A stretch of DNA of 24,000 nucleotides. Origin: Candidatus Geothermarchaeota archaeon (lineage in GTDB: Archaea > Thermoproteota > Nitrososphaeria > Geothermarchaeales > JDFR-13). The notes beneath the pieces were generated by a model. That model saw only the letters and a list, made by a program, of their open reading frames with translations, was not told where the DNA came from and made no database searches. Both the position numbers and the translations under genes were made by a program. Each line of letters begins with the position of its first letter. Positions within the stretch are counted from its first letter, which is position 1. This document shows positions 7,945 through 16,770 of this stretch, one piece after another. The DNA lies in contig WAKB01000008.1 in assembly GCA_015523545.1 (NCBI GenBank), positions 77,546-101,545 on the forward strand, read 5' to 3'.

Positions 7945-8853
7945 CTACAAGTTACCAGCTATACCTGGCAACAAGTCGACTACACTGACAACCACATGTT
8001 CATCATATCTAACCGTATCACTACCCATTACAAGGTCTACACCGCTACTACTCAGCCTCTCCTCAGCGCCTCCCACTAGGAATAGATGTGTAGCTACTGC
8101 ATAGACCCTCTTAACACCCCTAGTCTTAAGGAATGAAGATACACCAGCCACCGTACCACCCGTAGATATCTCATCATCAACTATTACTGCTACGTCATAC
8201 GACGAAATCTCACCACCAACAGTCTCGAAATTAAAGCTCACCTCACCAGTAACTCGATCCCGCCTCTTCTCCACAACCAGGTAATCCACTTCGAAGAGCG
8301 ATGCGAGAGAGTCCACCAGGGGAGCCCGACCCTTGTCAGGAGCTACAAGCACTAGCTTACCATTATCTCCCATCGATCCAACTATATTTTCTACAAGGGA
8401 TGGTAGGAGTGAGACAGATACCGCCTGAACAGGAGAATACCTAGTAAAGGCTACGGGATTATGGACGTCAAAAGATATTATCCTATCCACACTCCTGCTA
8501 CCTATCGTTTCTAAGAAGAGTCTAAGTGTTAGTGGCTCCCCCTCCCTAAACCTCTTGTCCTGCCTAGAATACGGGAGATATGGAAGAACCAGGACAATAT
8601 CACCATCTCCACAGTAGACATCCAATACATCCAAGACCTCTAGAAGCCTAAACACATTGTCCTGTACAGAGGGATATGCCCACCACAACAAGATGTATGG
8701 AGGTTCAGCCGTCGATACCTGTTCCGGATCGATATATACAATCGTCTCACCATTAGGGAAGTCCTTCACCTCAACACTACATACAGCCCAATCCCCCGGT
8801 AGTCTACCCTCCACCCTCTGAAGATCAGAGGCCTTTACTATTACTGTTGCCAC
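7945..8853 (-). CDS. prs: Ribose-phosphate pyrophosphokinase (PRPP synthetase)
   Basis: DRIISFDVHNP, VLVAPDKGRAPLV and the PRPP-binding loop VAVIVDDEISTGGTV. GTG start 8853..8851. Confidence 0.85.
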   Translation of the reverse strand: MATVIVKASDLQRVEGRLPGDWAVCSVEVKDFPNGETIVYIDPEQVSTAEPPYILLWWAYPSVQDNVFRLLEVLDVLDVYCGDGDIVLVLPYLPYSRQDKRFREGEPLTLRLFLETIGSRSVDRIISFDVHNPVAFTRYSPVQAVSVSLLPSLVENIVGSMGDNGKLVLVAPDKGRAPLVDSLASLFEVDYLVVEKRRDRVTGEVSFNFETVGGEISSYDVAVIVDDEISTGGTVAGVSSFLKTRGVKRVYAVATHLFLVGGAEERLSSSGVDLVMGSDTVRYDEHVVVSVVDLLPGIAGNL

Positions 8854-8879
8854 ATATCTCTCAATAGAGGCTCACCATC

Positions 8880-8890
8880 TTTAATATATT
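8880..8890. promoter_or_regulatory. Shared AT-rich TATA element (TTTAATATATT) for divergent prs and the wHTH regulator
   Basis: The centre (~8885) lies 32 nt from the prs start (8853) and 31 nt from ATG 8916. This symmetric spacing is compatible with two leaderless transcripts. Confidence 0.45.
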
Positions 8891-8915
8891 GTGGGCAGTA
8901 TCTGGTGACCAAGAT

Positions 8916-9359
8916 ATGAAACCACTACACAGAGACCCCACATACCTCACCATCCTATACTACATAGAGAGGAATGGCAAGGCCTATCCCGACGAGCTAG
9001 CCCATAGACTAGGAGTGACTAGACAGGCGGTAGAATATAGGCTTAAACGCCTAACGGAGGAGGGCCTCATATCCAAGGAGCGTGGCGACAGGATATACTA
9101 TGTCCTTACAGAGAAGGGAAGAGCCATAGTGAGAAGTGCAAACAGAGGATTAGGCAGTGATAAGAGAGGGACGATGGATAGTATTAGAAGTGAAGATGTA
9201 AAGGCAAGGCTGAAGTCTAAACTATTTCTGCTACCCATAGCAATAGGATTGATCTCCATGGGTCAACACATAGCAGGAGGGGATCCCGCCAGAGGAATTA
9301 TATCACTATTCATATGGATAATGGTGGGGGGCTTTACGTATCTCCTAACCAGTAAATAG
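8916..9359 (+). CDS. Winged-helix (ArsR/MarR-like) transcriptional regulator with a C-terminal double transmembrane anchor
   Basis: HTH-like YPDELAHRLGVTRQAVEYRLKRLTEEGLISKE..IYYVLTEKGRAIV. Two hydrophobic C-terminal segments: LFLLPIAIGLISMGQHI and IISLFIWIMVGGFTYLL. The ORF-track start at 8889 is a TTG inside the TATA element, so I prefer ATG 8916. Confidence 0.6.
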   Translation: MKPLHRDPTYLTILYYIERNGKAYPDELAHRLGVTRQAVEYRLKRLTEEGLISKERGDRIYYVLTEKGRAIVRSANRGLGSDKRGTMDSIRSEDVKARLKSKLFLLPIAIGLISMGQHIAGGDPARGIISLFIWIMVGGFTYLLTSK

Positions 9360-9369
9360 TAGAGGGGGG

Positions 9370-10350
9370 CTAGACCTTAGAATCCAAGTACTCCTTAGCC
9401 TCTATGGCAGCCATAGCTCCAAAACCAGCAGCAGTCACTGCCTGCTGATACTTAGGATCCATCACATCTCCCGCTGCGAAGATCATTGGGAGGCTCGTCT
9501 TTACAAAGTCATGGGTCTTCACATATCCCCTCTCATCCAGCTCTAGGAGACCCTTGACTAGTGAGGTGTTGGGATCATGGCCGATCGCTATGAAGACCCC
9601 ATCAACCTCTAGAACCTCCTCCTCACCAGTCACCCTATTCTCAAGTTTTAGCCCAGTAACCTTCCTGTCTCCGAGTATATCCTTCACCACCCTGTTCCAC
9701 AGCACCTCGATATTTCCACGTCTTGATACCTCCCTTACAAGAGCATCTGAGGCCCTAAACTTGTCCCTCCTATGTATAATATAGATCTTCTTAGCAATGT
9801 CGGATAGGTATAGCGCATCAGTCAAGGCCGTATCGCCTCCCCCCACAACCGCGACCACCTGGTCTTTAAAGAAGTAGCCATCACATACCGCACAGTACGA
9901 TACACCCTTACCCATCAGCCTCTTCTCAGACTCAAGCCCCAGCTCCCTATACTTAGCCCCTGTAGCCAGTATCAATGTCTTCCCCAAGTACCAGTCACCA
10001 GCCACCAACACCTTAACAATATCGCCCTCAACCTCTATCTTCTCCGCATCATAATCCACGAATTCTACTCCAAACCTAGTGGCCTGCCTAAGCATACGCC
10101 TCATCAGCTCAGGACCATCTATCCCCTCTGGGAACCCCGGATAGTTCTCCACTACGGTAGTAGTCATCAGCTGACCCCCCCATGAGAACCCTGTAATGAC
10201 CAGTGTTGACAGGCCAAACCTCACCGTATATATGGCAGCCGTTAGCCCCGCTGGCCCCGAACCTATAATCACTACGTCATACAGCTTACCCGGCTTCCCA
10301 ATCTTCTTATTATAGTCTACCTGTAGGGACACCCCAAATGGGAGGCTCAT
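9370..10350 (-). CDS. trxB: Thioredoxin reductase (NAD(P)H-dependent flavoprotein)
   Basis: FAD-binding YDVVIIGSGPAGLTAAIY, redox-active CAVCDG, NAD(P)H-binding VAVVGGGDTA, and AAGDV near the C-terminus. The ORF-track start at 10371 is TTG. The first ATG is 10350..10348. Confidence 0.9.
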   Translation of the reverse strand: MSLPFGVSLQVDYNKKIGKPGKLYDVVIIGSGPAGLTAAIYTVRFGLSTLVITGFSWGGQLMTTTVVENYPGFPEGIDGPELMRRMLRQATRFGVEFVDYDAEKIEVEGDIVKVLVAGDWYLGKTLILATGAKYRELGLESEKRLMGKGVSYCAVCDGYFFKDQVVAVVGGGDTALTDALYLSDIAKKIYIIHRRDKFRASDALVREVSRRGNIEVLWNRVVKDILGDRKVTGLKLENRVTGEEEVLEVDGVFIAIGHDPNTSLVKGLLELDERGYVKTHDFVKTSLPMIFAAGDVMDPKYQQAVTAAGFGAMAAIEAKEYLDSKV

Positions 10351-10374
10351 GCTAAGATTCTTGCATACCAAGGC

Positions 10375-10394
10375 ATATTTATTAAAGATATATC
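10375..10394. promoter_or_regulatory. AT-rich bidirectional promoter region (ATATTTATTAAAGATATATC) between trxB and rps19
   Basis: TTTAATAAATAT (minus strand) is centred about 31 nt from the trxB ATG (10350). AAAGATATATC is centred about 32 nt from the rps19 ATG (10421). Confidence 0.45.
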
Positions 10395-10420
10395 TACGTA
10401 TAGTCTCTTAGGCGGTTGAG

Positions 10421-10834
10421 ATGAGTATGTACACACATAGGAAGGAGTTTCGATTCAGGGGATACACATTGGAGGAGCTCCAGAAGATGGACATTAAGGA
10501 ATTCGCCAGACTTGTGAACCCCAGAGCAAGGAGATTCCTCCTAAGAGGGAAGTTTACACCAGAGGTGAAGAGGCTACTGGAGAAAGTGGAGCTGGCTAGA
10601 CAGGGGAAGTACAATAAACCGATCAGAACCCATGTAAGGGAGATGGTCATCCTACCAAAGATGGTAGGCCTAACCATCCATGTCTACAACGGAAAAGAGT
10701 TCGTCCCCGTCGAGATAAAGCCTGAAATGATAGGTAGAAGACTGGGAGAATTCTCACACACAGTCAAACCGGTAAAGCACGGAGAGCCAGGCCTAGGAAG
10801 CACCAGGTCCAGCTCCTACACCCCAATAAAGTAG
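10421..10834 (+). CDS. rps19: 30S ribosomal protein S19 (uS19)
   Basis: [29 protein letters not shown].., [34 protein letters not shown]: the diagnostic uS19 core. Confidence 0.9.
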   Translation: MSMYTHRKEFRFRGYTLEELQKMDIKEFARLVNPRARRFLLRGKFTPEVKRLLEKVELARQGKYNKPIRTHVREMVILPKMVGLTIHVYNGKEFVPVEIKPEMIGRRLGEFSHTVKPVKHGEPGLGSTRSSSYTPIK

Positions 10835-10880
10835 GGACTAGTAGTAGCCCGGTAGAAACGCGATCCTCATTCTTAGCCCT

Positions 10881-10890
10881 GCTTTATTTT

Positions 10891-10891
<1 letters not shown>
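10881..10891 (+). terminator. T-rich tract (GCTTTATTTTT) downstream of rps19
   Basis: An oligo-T run 47 nt after the rps19 stop; archaeal RNA polymerase terminates at oligo-T. It abuts the 3' end of the convergent tRNA-Val. Confidence 0.3.
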
Positions 10892-10984
<93 letters not shown>

Positions 10985-11064
10985 AGTACACCAATTTTAT
11001 ACATTTACCATAAGATTTAAAGAATTTAGTGGGATTATTGGACAGCTAGCCCGGTGTAGAGAGG

Positions 11065-11349
11065 ATGAGGAGGGAGAAGATATTCGGAGGCGTTCTAATA
11101 AGTGCAGGAGTCCTAGGAATACTCATCTACTACTACCTCATGTTCATGGCCGATGAAAAGCTCTCCATGCTAGCCATAAAGGCGACAATATTTCTATTCA
11201 TAGCGGGCCTAGCCGCCACGATAATATGGATCGGATATACATTGATAACTACACCGCCTCCCAAATCGATCGAGGAGATAGAGAGGGAGATAGAGGAGGA
11301 GATTAAGAAGCTCGAGAAGAGCCTTGAAGAGGAGGAGAAGCAGCAATAA
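11065..11349 (+). CDS. Hypothetical small membrane protein (two TM helices plus an acidic coiled-coil-like tail)
   Basis: Hydrophobic segments GGVLISAGVLGILIYYYLMF and IFLFIAGLAATIIWIGYTLI, followed by SIEEIEREIEEEIKKLEKSLEEEEKQQ. GAGAGG lies directly upstream of the ATG. No recognised family. Confidence 0.5.
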   Translation: MRREKIFGGVLISAGVLGILIYYYLMFMADEKLSMLAIKATIFLFIAGLAATIIWIGYTLITTPPPKSIEEIEREIEEEIKKLEKSLEEEEKQQ

Positions 11350-11397
11350 TCCATATAACTATATGAATAGATTCAATGGTATTGTGGATAGATGGGG

Positions 11398-11486
11398 GCG
11401 GGGGTTCCCCTAGCCTGGCCAACGGGGCGCGGTTGAGGACCGCGTGGCGTAGGCCTTCGTGGGTTCAAATCCCACCCCCCGCACCA
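11398..11486 (+). tRNA. tRNA-Leu (anticodon GAG), class II with a long variable arm and an encoded CCA
   Basis: GCGGGGG TT CCCC-TAGCCTGGCCAAC-GGGG CGCGG TTGAGGA CCGCG TGGCGTAGGCCTTC GTGGG TTCAAAT CCCAC CCCCCGC A CCA. The 7-nt loop TTGAGGA gives anticodon GAG. The variable arm has a GGC/GCC stem. Confidence 0.9.
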
Positions 11487-12220
11487 CTACCTAATACCTT
11501 CTCAACAGCCCTAGACACTATTTCTTCAAGATCTGGAGGATACTCAACCACGAGCTTCAAACCATCATCGAGTATTAAGACTTTCAGATAGATCCTATCC
11601 ATATATCCCTTTAGGAAGCGGCTTAACTCCCTGACCAGATCCGCCTCCTTCCAGCCATACACCATCTCCTCCCGTCTACGACGGCTAGGCCTTCCCACCC
11701 GCTCCACAAGCTCTGGCTCCACGTATCTCAGATACATCTCCCTCATCTCCCTAGGCACTCCAGGTAGTACATATAGCCAGGCCTCTCCATGCCTAATCCT
11801 CATTCCCGGCGCAGCGCCCACTGGGTTAGGTATTGGATCAGCACCATCTACAAGATAGGCCATCCTCTTCCTCATGTCGTCCAGCTCAATACCAATCCTC
11901 TCATAGTATTTGATTAGCATGTCCAATGCATCCTTCGAGAGTATGAGGGGTCTGTTTAGATATCTGGATATGGCTGTCCTGGTCACGTCATCCCTCGTTG
12001 GGCCTAGACCACCCACTATAATCAAGGTGTCGGAGACTGATAGCGACACATCCAGCTCACTACTCAAGAGGTCTACATCGTCACTGACAATAGACGCCTT
12101 CACAACCTCAGCTCCAATTATGTTAAGCCTATCCACCAGCCAAGGCGTATTTTCATCCTTAACCAGACCCTTCAAGACCTCAGTGGCAACAGTAATGATA
12201 GATGCCTTGAGACCAGTCAC
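11465..12220 (-). CDS. CinA-like / MoCF-biosynthesis (MoaB/MogA-fold) domain protein
   Basis: N-terminal ASIITVATEVLKGLVKDENTPWLVDRL..IIVGGLGPTRDDVTR is the CinA/MogA-type GxGPTxDD signature. The GTG start (12220..12218) overlaps the rpl2 stop TGA (12219..12217) as GTGA. The last ~22 nt run into the convergent tRNA-Leu 3' end. Confidence 0.75.
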   Translation of the reverse strand: MTGLKASIITVATEVLKGLVKDENTPWLVDRLNIIGAEVVKASIVSDDVDLLSSELDVSLSVSDTLIIVGGLGPTRDDVTRTAISRYLNRPLILSKDALDMLIKYYERIGIELDDMRKRMAYLVDGADPIPNPVGAAPGMRIRHGEAWLYVLPGVPREMREMYLRYVEPELVERVGRPSRRRREEMVYGWKEADLVRELSRFLKGYMDRIYLKVLILDDGLKLVVEYPPDLEEIVSRAVEKVLGSGAGGGI

Positions 12221-12930
12221 CTCTTACGCCTACCCGTACGTCTAGCCGCGAAGCTACCCACCTTCTTACCTGGGGGAGAGTTCCTAGCCACAGTCTTAGG
12301 CTTACCAACATGCTGATGCGACCCGCCTCCAAACGGGTGATCCACAGGGTTCATAGCTACACCCCTCACACGAGGCCATCTCTTACCGCCCTTAGCCTTT
12401 AACCACCAGTACTTAGCACCAGCCTTAAGGAAGGGCTTATCGGTCCTACCCCCACCAGCTACTACTCCAATAACAGCCCTACAATTGGGGTTCAATACTT
12501 TACTCTTACCAGACGGAAGCTTAACCTCTACACCGTCCTTTGTCCTACCTATCACTTGTACATAAGCACCGGAGGCCCGTCCAAACTTGCCACCATCACC
12601 AGGAACCCCCTCCACCATAGATATCAGCGTACCTGGGGGGATATCCTTAAGATACATTATGTCCCCAGGCTTGGGATCATCAGAATTATAGATCCTAATC
12701 TCCTGGCCAACATACATGCCCTCCACAGCATGGATATAAAACTCCACCCCGTCAGGAGTCTTCAGCTTAGCCATGGGCGTCCCCCTGCCAGGGTTATGCA
12801 GCAGTTCTACTACAGTCGCAGTAGTAGGCTCATTAAATAGTGGAATAGCTGCAGGGGCTACAGACTTGTGGGTAGACGCTCTATATACTGGACTACTACC
12901 CATCCTCTGCGCGAGTATCCTCTTTCCCAT
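12217..12930 (-). CDS. rpl2: 50S ribosomal protein L2 (uL2)
   Basis: MGKRILAQRMGS.., RVRGVAMNPVDHPFGGGSHQHVGKP: the diagnostic uL2 C-terminal motif. GGGGGATC lies 4 nt upstream of the ATG. Confidence 0.95.
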   Translation of the reverse strand: MGKRILAQRMGSSPVYRASTHKSVAPAAIPLFNEPTTATVVELLHNPGRGTPMAKLKTPDGVEFYIHAVEGMYVGQEIRIYNSDDPKPGDIMYLKDIPPGTLISMVEGVPGDGGKFGRASGAYVQVIGRTKDGVEVKLPSGKSKVLNPNCRAVIGVVAGGGRTDKPFLKAGAKYWWLKAKGGKRWPRVRGVAMNPVDHPFGGGSHQHVGKPKTVARNSPPGKKVGSFAARRTGRRKR

Positions 12931-12984
12931 CCCGATCCCCCAGCTCTATAATTAAGGCTTGAAGGCCAAATATTAAAGACCCAG

Positions 12985-13257
12985 CTACAAGATGCCGAGA
13001 GAAGTGGCAACTCTCATAGCATCATCCTTATCCGCAAAGGTCACGATGGCCTTCTTCAAACCCTTTGGCGTATTCATAATATTAACCTTCTTAACCTTGG
13101 CATCGAATCTCTTCTCCACGACCCTCTTAACATCACTCTTCGTAGCCTTCTTATCGACGATCAGGGTGATCTTACCCTCCCGTTCAAGTAGCAATATAGA
13201 CTTCTCAGTGATCACGGGATATTTAACTATCCTGTAGAACTCTAGCTCCTCACTCAT
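12985..13257 (-). CDS. rpl23: 50S ribosomal protein L23 (uL23)
   Basis: IVKYPVITEKSILLLEREGKITLIVDKKATKSDVKRVVEKRFDAKVKKVNIMNTPKG.KKAIV is the uL23 core. ATG 13257..13255 overlaps the rpl4 stop (ATGAGTGA). The ORF-track start at 13260 is a GTG one codon upstream. Confidence 0.9.
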   Translation of the reverse strand: MSEELEFYRIVKYPVITEKSILLLEREGKITLIVDKKATKSDVKRVVEKRFDAKVKKVNIMNTPKGLKKAIVTFADKDDAMRVATSLGIL

Positions 13258-14065
13258 CACTCTTCACCACATGCCTCTTAACAACATACCCAAACCTCTC
13301 TTCCAGCCTCGGGAAGACATCCTCGATCCAAACAACAAGTCTACCAGGCACGCCACCCGGGGCCAGATCCATAAGCGTCAGCTGATCCACACTCACAACA
13401 TCCACGCCCGGGAAGTTCCTCACCGCCTTGGAGATCCCACCATCATTTAGATATACTATCAAGGGCCCAGCGCCAACCTTCCTACGCCTACCCCTCCACG
13501 AAGCCTTACCACCAACAATTTTAATATTCTCTGCAACCCTCTCCACATCATCCCAAAGACCAAGGGTCCTGAAGACCTCCCTAGCCTCCGACGACTTAGT
13601 GATATTGGCAAACTCAGCGGTCACTATAAGCGGTATACTAGGTACGTTATCAACCCTATGTCCCCTCTTAGCCACCAGTTCCCTCCTAGCCGTGGCGGCC
13701 ACCGCACTAGCTGTAGCCAACTTAAGCTCCTTCCTATTTATCTTCTTATAGATGTTCTTCTCAGCCGTGGGTGCATGGGGCCTACGGCCACCCCTCGCCA
13801 TGGCAACTATAGCTCCTCTCCCTCTGAGGGGAGGGTCTTTATACCTAGGTATCCTAGCTATTCCAAGACCCACACCGAAATACTCGGCGCTGGTCTCCCT
13901 ACCTGCGAGTGGATACCTCCCCTGAGGCTGTAGTCTATGGGTGATTTGATGGAAGAAGAGTCTAGATATTATATCCTCCCTAACAGGGAGGTCAAATATC
14001 CTAGGCCTCCCAATCCTCTTCTCCTCCTCACCTACCAAGTTATATACCGGAATCTCCTCCGACAT
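13250..14065 (-). CDS. rpl4: 50S ribosomal protein L4 (uL4)
   Basis: Sits between rpl3 and rpl23. Contains RPRIFDLPVREDII.., GRYPLAGRETSAEYFGVGLGIARIPR and GAIVAMARGGRRPHAP. I prefer ATG 14065, preceded by TGAGGTGGAT (a strong Shine-Dalgarno match). The ORF-track start at 14074 is a GTG inside that Shine-Dalgarno sequence. Confidence 0.9.
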   Translation of the reverse strand: MSEEIPVYNLVGEEEKRIGRPRIFDLPVREDIISRLFFHQITHRLQPQGRYPLAGRETSAEYFGVGLGIARIPRYKDPPLRGRGAIVAMARGGRRPHAPTAEKNIYKKINRKELKLATASAVAATARRELVAKRGHRVDNVPSIPLIVTAEFANITKSSEAREVFRTLGLWDDVERVAENIKIVGGKASWRGRRRKVGAGPLIVYLNDGGISKAVRNFPGVDVVSVDQLTLMDLAPGGVPGRLVVWIEDVFPRLEERFGYVVKRHVVKSDE

Positions 14066-14075
14066 GGCATCCACC

Positions 14076-15077
14076 TCACAAGTCTATATAGGTTATCTTA
14101 ACAGGGGTCTTCATCTCCTCCTTAACAGGCCTCATCGCAAACCTCATCTTTATCAGCCTCTTAGCTGGGCCTGGTACAGACCCCTTGAGGATAATAAACT
14201 TACTCTTGAGGAGGCCATACTTATGGAAGGGCAATGGATGGTCAAAGTCTTCTGGAGACTTTATGTCAAGAATCTTTAGATTGTATATGGTCCTCCTGTG
14301 GAACCCCATCTGCCCTGCCAATGGAACGGTATACCTAGTGGCTGATGGCTTCCAAGGTCCGAGTGCACCGGGCTTCCTACGAGCCTTCCTAGACTTATGG
14401 GAGAGGAGCTTAATACCCCACCTCTTGACAGGGCCCTGGAACCCCTTACCCTTAGTCACCGCTATAACATCTATCACGTCGCCAGGTGAAAACACCTCGT
14501 CCACCTCGATCTCCCTCCCGATAACACTCTTGGCATATTCAAACCTATCCGCTATACTTGAGCCGCCACCAACCTGTAGCTCAAAGATCTCAGGCTTCTT
14601 CTTACTTATACCAGCCTTTACAGGCTGTGTAGATACAAGTAGACGGATTATCCTAGTCTCGTCTAGGAGCTCCTCAGCCTTCTTCAACTGGTCCTCCATG
14701 TGGCCAGGTTTGAGGGTTACATCCCTCCTATTTATGAACTCGGGAAACTCGTCAGAGATAACTGTGAATATACTTTTCAACGCGTTTGAGGTGAGATCAG
14801 CCTTGTACCCGACCATCCCCAGGACAAATAGGGGAGGAGTCTCAATAATCGTGACTGCAGAGAAGATCTCCTGTCCACGATATGGAGAGAATTGATACTC
14901 ATCGATATAATAGACATGGGTCATGCCAGCCTTGTATCCAGCGAATCCAAGGGGCTTGGGTTCTGGAGAGTCTATAACTGGCCAAGCCTTAATAGTCGGA
15001 TTAAGGGATTTAGCCCTCTTTCTAGGTGAGAAAGCCAGTGAACCTCTTTTAGGAGCATGTTTCTTTCGAGCGCCCAT
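14076..15077 (-). CDS. rpl3: 50S ribosomal protein L3 (uL3)
   Basis: MGARKKHAPKRGSLAFSPRKRA.., GYKAGMTHV, VTKGKGFQGPVKRWG: diagnostic uL3. ATG 15077 is preceded by AGGTGGT. The ORF-track start at 15086 is a GTG within that motif. Confidence 0.95.
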   Translation of the reverse strand: MGARKKHAPKRGSLAFSPRKRAKSLNPTIKAWPVIDSPEPKPLGFAGYKAGMTHVYYIDEYQFSPYRGQEIFSAVTIIETPPLFVLGMVGYKADLTSNALKSIFTVISDEFPEFINRRDVTLKPGHMEDQLKKAEELLDETRIIRLLVSTQPVKAGISKKKPEIFELQVGGGSSIADRFEYAKSVIGREIEVDEVFSPGDVIDVIAVTKGKGFQGPVKRWGIKLLSHKSRKARRKPGALGPWKPSATRYTVPLAGQMGFHRRTIYNLKILDIKSPEDFDHPLPFHKYGLLKSKFIILKGSVPGPAKRLIKMRFAMRPVKEEMKTPVKITYIDL

Positions 15078-15162
15078 CCCAACCACCTAGATCTTATATC
15101 CAGACTATTCTTCTCCAACTAGAATATGCATAAGCCGGGAGAGAATATTTAAAACTACAGCC

Positions 15163-16041
15163 TCAGAGACGGCCGGAGCCAAGTATATAGTCGAATATGG
15201 CCAGAGCTATCAGTAGGGCCTCCTCCATCCTAATAGTCTCTACACGCTGCCTATAGACCAGATTTATGTAGTAGTCAAAAACACTACGAGGATCCACATC
15301 ATAATGTCCGAGTATCTCGTTCAAACCATACTCCGGAGCACCAAGAACCAGTAGCAGCCTATCCATATCTAACGCCCTACTTCTCAACTCCTTAGGGTTT
15401 ATATTACCAATATAGTCACCAGTCCTACTCAGACCTATTTTCAGGCCCTCATACCTATTGAGGAAGGTTGGCAGACTCTCCTTCAACCTGCTCACCTTAA
15501 ATCCCTGGTAGAGATCCAGATCAGAAGCCTCATCCATATCTAGGACACGTCCGATCAGATACTTCTCCGAGTTCTTAATAATCTCTATCAACGCAATCCT
15601 CGGAGGCTTAGAATCCCTCACCAAGACTGGTTTATCAAGACCCACATCATACAAGTATCCACCCCCACCACTCCTACCAACTAGAAGCCCCACCCTATAC
15701 TCGGGATACTCCAGATCCTTTATAGCTACCTTCTCCTTGAAGAGCTCAAGCTTTACAGGTGGTAGGGCCCCCGCGTAGCTAAGAGACCTATCCCTAGAGA
15801 AAATTACTTTCTTAAGATATGGTGGAGTGATTAGGTATCTAAGCAGCGTAATAACATCCTTATATATAGTCCTATCCTGGTTCAGGGGATCGGGATATAT
15901 GAATATCCTATCCACACCATAGATAGCCGCAGATCTGGCTACTAGGGATACGGCGAAGCTCCTCTGCATATTCGAGGATAAATTCGTTGTGAATGAGGTT
16001 GGTATAGCCACATCGATCCTAGGCTTCTCGTCCTTCATCAC
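15163..16041 (-). CDS. Putative SPOUT-class RNA methyltransferase-like protein (DUF171 / C9orf114-like family commonly found upstream of archaeal rpl3)
   Basis: N-terminal RIDVAIPTSFTTNLSSNMQRSFAVSLVARSAAIYGVDRIFIY resembles the DUF171 lead-in as I recall it. The position directly upstream of rpl3 matches the conserved archaeal neighbourhood. The gene overlaps the deoC 3' end by 23 nt. Confidence 0.6.
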   Translation of the reverse strand: MMKDEKPRIDVAIPTSFTTNLSSNMQRSFAVSLVARSAAIYGVDRIFIYPDPLNQDRTIYKDVITLLRYLITPPYLKKVIFSRDRSLSYAGALPPVKLELFKEKVAIKDLEYPEYRVGLLVGRSGGGGYLYDVGLDKPVLVRDSKPPRIALIEIIKNSEKYLIGRVLDMDEASDLDLYQGFKVSRLKESLPTFLNRYEGLKIGLSRTGDYIGNINPKELRSRALDMDRLLLVLGAPEYGLNEILGHYDVDPRSVFDYYINLVYRQRVETIRMEEALLIALAIFDYILGSGRL

Positions 16042-16711
16042 CTATCCCCATACACTCTTTAACGATAGCTATACCCGAGCTCGATCCTATTATATCGGCA
16101 CCCGCATCAAGAAGAGTAATGGCAGCCTTACAGTCTCTTATACCACCCGAAGCCTTTATCCCGATATCTGGGCTGAGCATCCTCCTTATAGCCAATACAT
16201 CCTCCACAGTAGTTCCACGAGGGCCTTTACCAGTGGATGTCTTAAAAAAGTCAGGCCCAGCCCGATTAATAGCCTCTACCGCCTCTTCCAACAATCTTTC
16301 ATTAAGGATAGATACCTCCACGATGATCTTTATCCCCCTCCCCCATGAATCCTTGACATATGAGACGAGACCCACAACTTCATCCAAATATTCCTTGTAT
16401 AATCCGTTCAGGAGGAGATTAACATTAGAGACCACATCCACCTCATCTGCACCAGATGAAAATAGATAGTCTATTGTACGTAGCTTCGCCTCCAGACTAT
16501 CCATCCCATATGGGAAGGATACAACCCCAATAAGCATAGTGCCACATCTATTGACAATGTCGCTCAGCCTGGCCACTACCCAGGGATGTGTTACGAAGCC
16601 CCTTATACCTAGTCTACAACAGGCCCTATACTCCTCTAAAACCTCCTCAAGCCTGATGTCAAGAGATAGTCTTGTGTGGTCTATCTTAGAACCTATATCC
16701 CGTCTCGACAC
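16019..16711 (-). CDS. deoC: Deoxyribose-phosphate aldolase (class I aldolase, DeoC family)
   Basis: IDHTRL near the N-terminus, GADEVDVVSNV, KIIVE, FFKTSTGKG (Schiff-base Lys context) and IKASGGIRD. GTG start 16711..16709. Confidence 0.8.
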   Translation of the reverse strand: MSRRDIGSKIDHTRLSLDIRLEEVLEEYRACCRLGIRGFVTHPWVVARLSDIVNRCGTMLIGVVSFPYGMDSLEAKLRTIDYLFSSGADEVDVVSNVNLLLNGLYKEYLDEVVGLVSYVKDSWGRGIKIIVEVSILNERLLEEAVEAINRAGPDFFKTSTGKGPRGTTVEDVLAIRRMLSPDIGIKASGGIRDCKAAITLLDAGADIIGSSSGIAIVKECMGIGDEGREA

Positions 16712-16734
16712 TGCAAAAAATATTTGAGTGGGGA

Positions 16735-16756
16735 AATGAGAAAAAGGGGAAAATTC
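16735..16756 (-). terminator. T-tracts (ATTTTCCCCTTTTTCTCATTT on the minus strand) downstream of rtcB
   Basis: Oligo-T runs 15-36 nt after the rtcB stop (16773..16771). A second T6 run sits at 16715..16720. Whether they terminate or only attenuate read-through into deoC cannot be decided from sequence. Confidence 0.3.
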
Positions 16757-16770
16757 TTGTTACCTCCTAC

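Noticed and set aside
14185-14895. A 236-aa plus-strand ORF, and similar ORFs at 644..1066, 3488..3727, 11910..12245, 12556..12840, 13428..13751, 15989..16348, 16119..16469, 17134..17469 and 19608..19895
   Set aside because: All are antisense shadows of confidently identified genes (rpl3, orc1/cdc6, cca, the CinA-like gene, rpl2, rpl4, deoC, rtcB, the RPA-like gene). Their products are low-complexity Ser/Leu/Pro/Thr-rich sequences without motifs. This is what codon bias on the opposite strand is expected to produce.
16760-16770. A perfect Shine-Dalgarno-like GTAGGAGGTAA immediately after the rtcB stop
   Set aside because: No ATG, GTG or TTG start follows within 20 nt, and the deoC frame is closed by TAA (16762..16760) upstream of its GTG start. 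It is probably chance complementarity or part of the 3' UTR.
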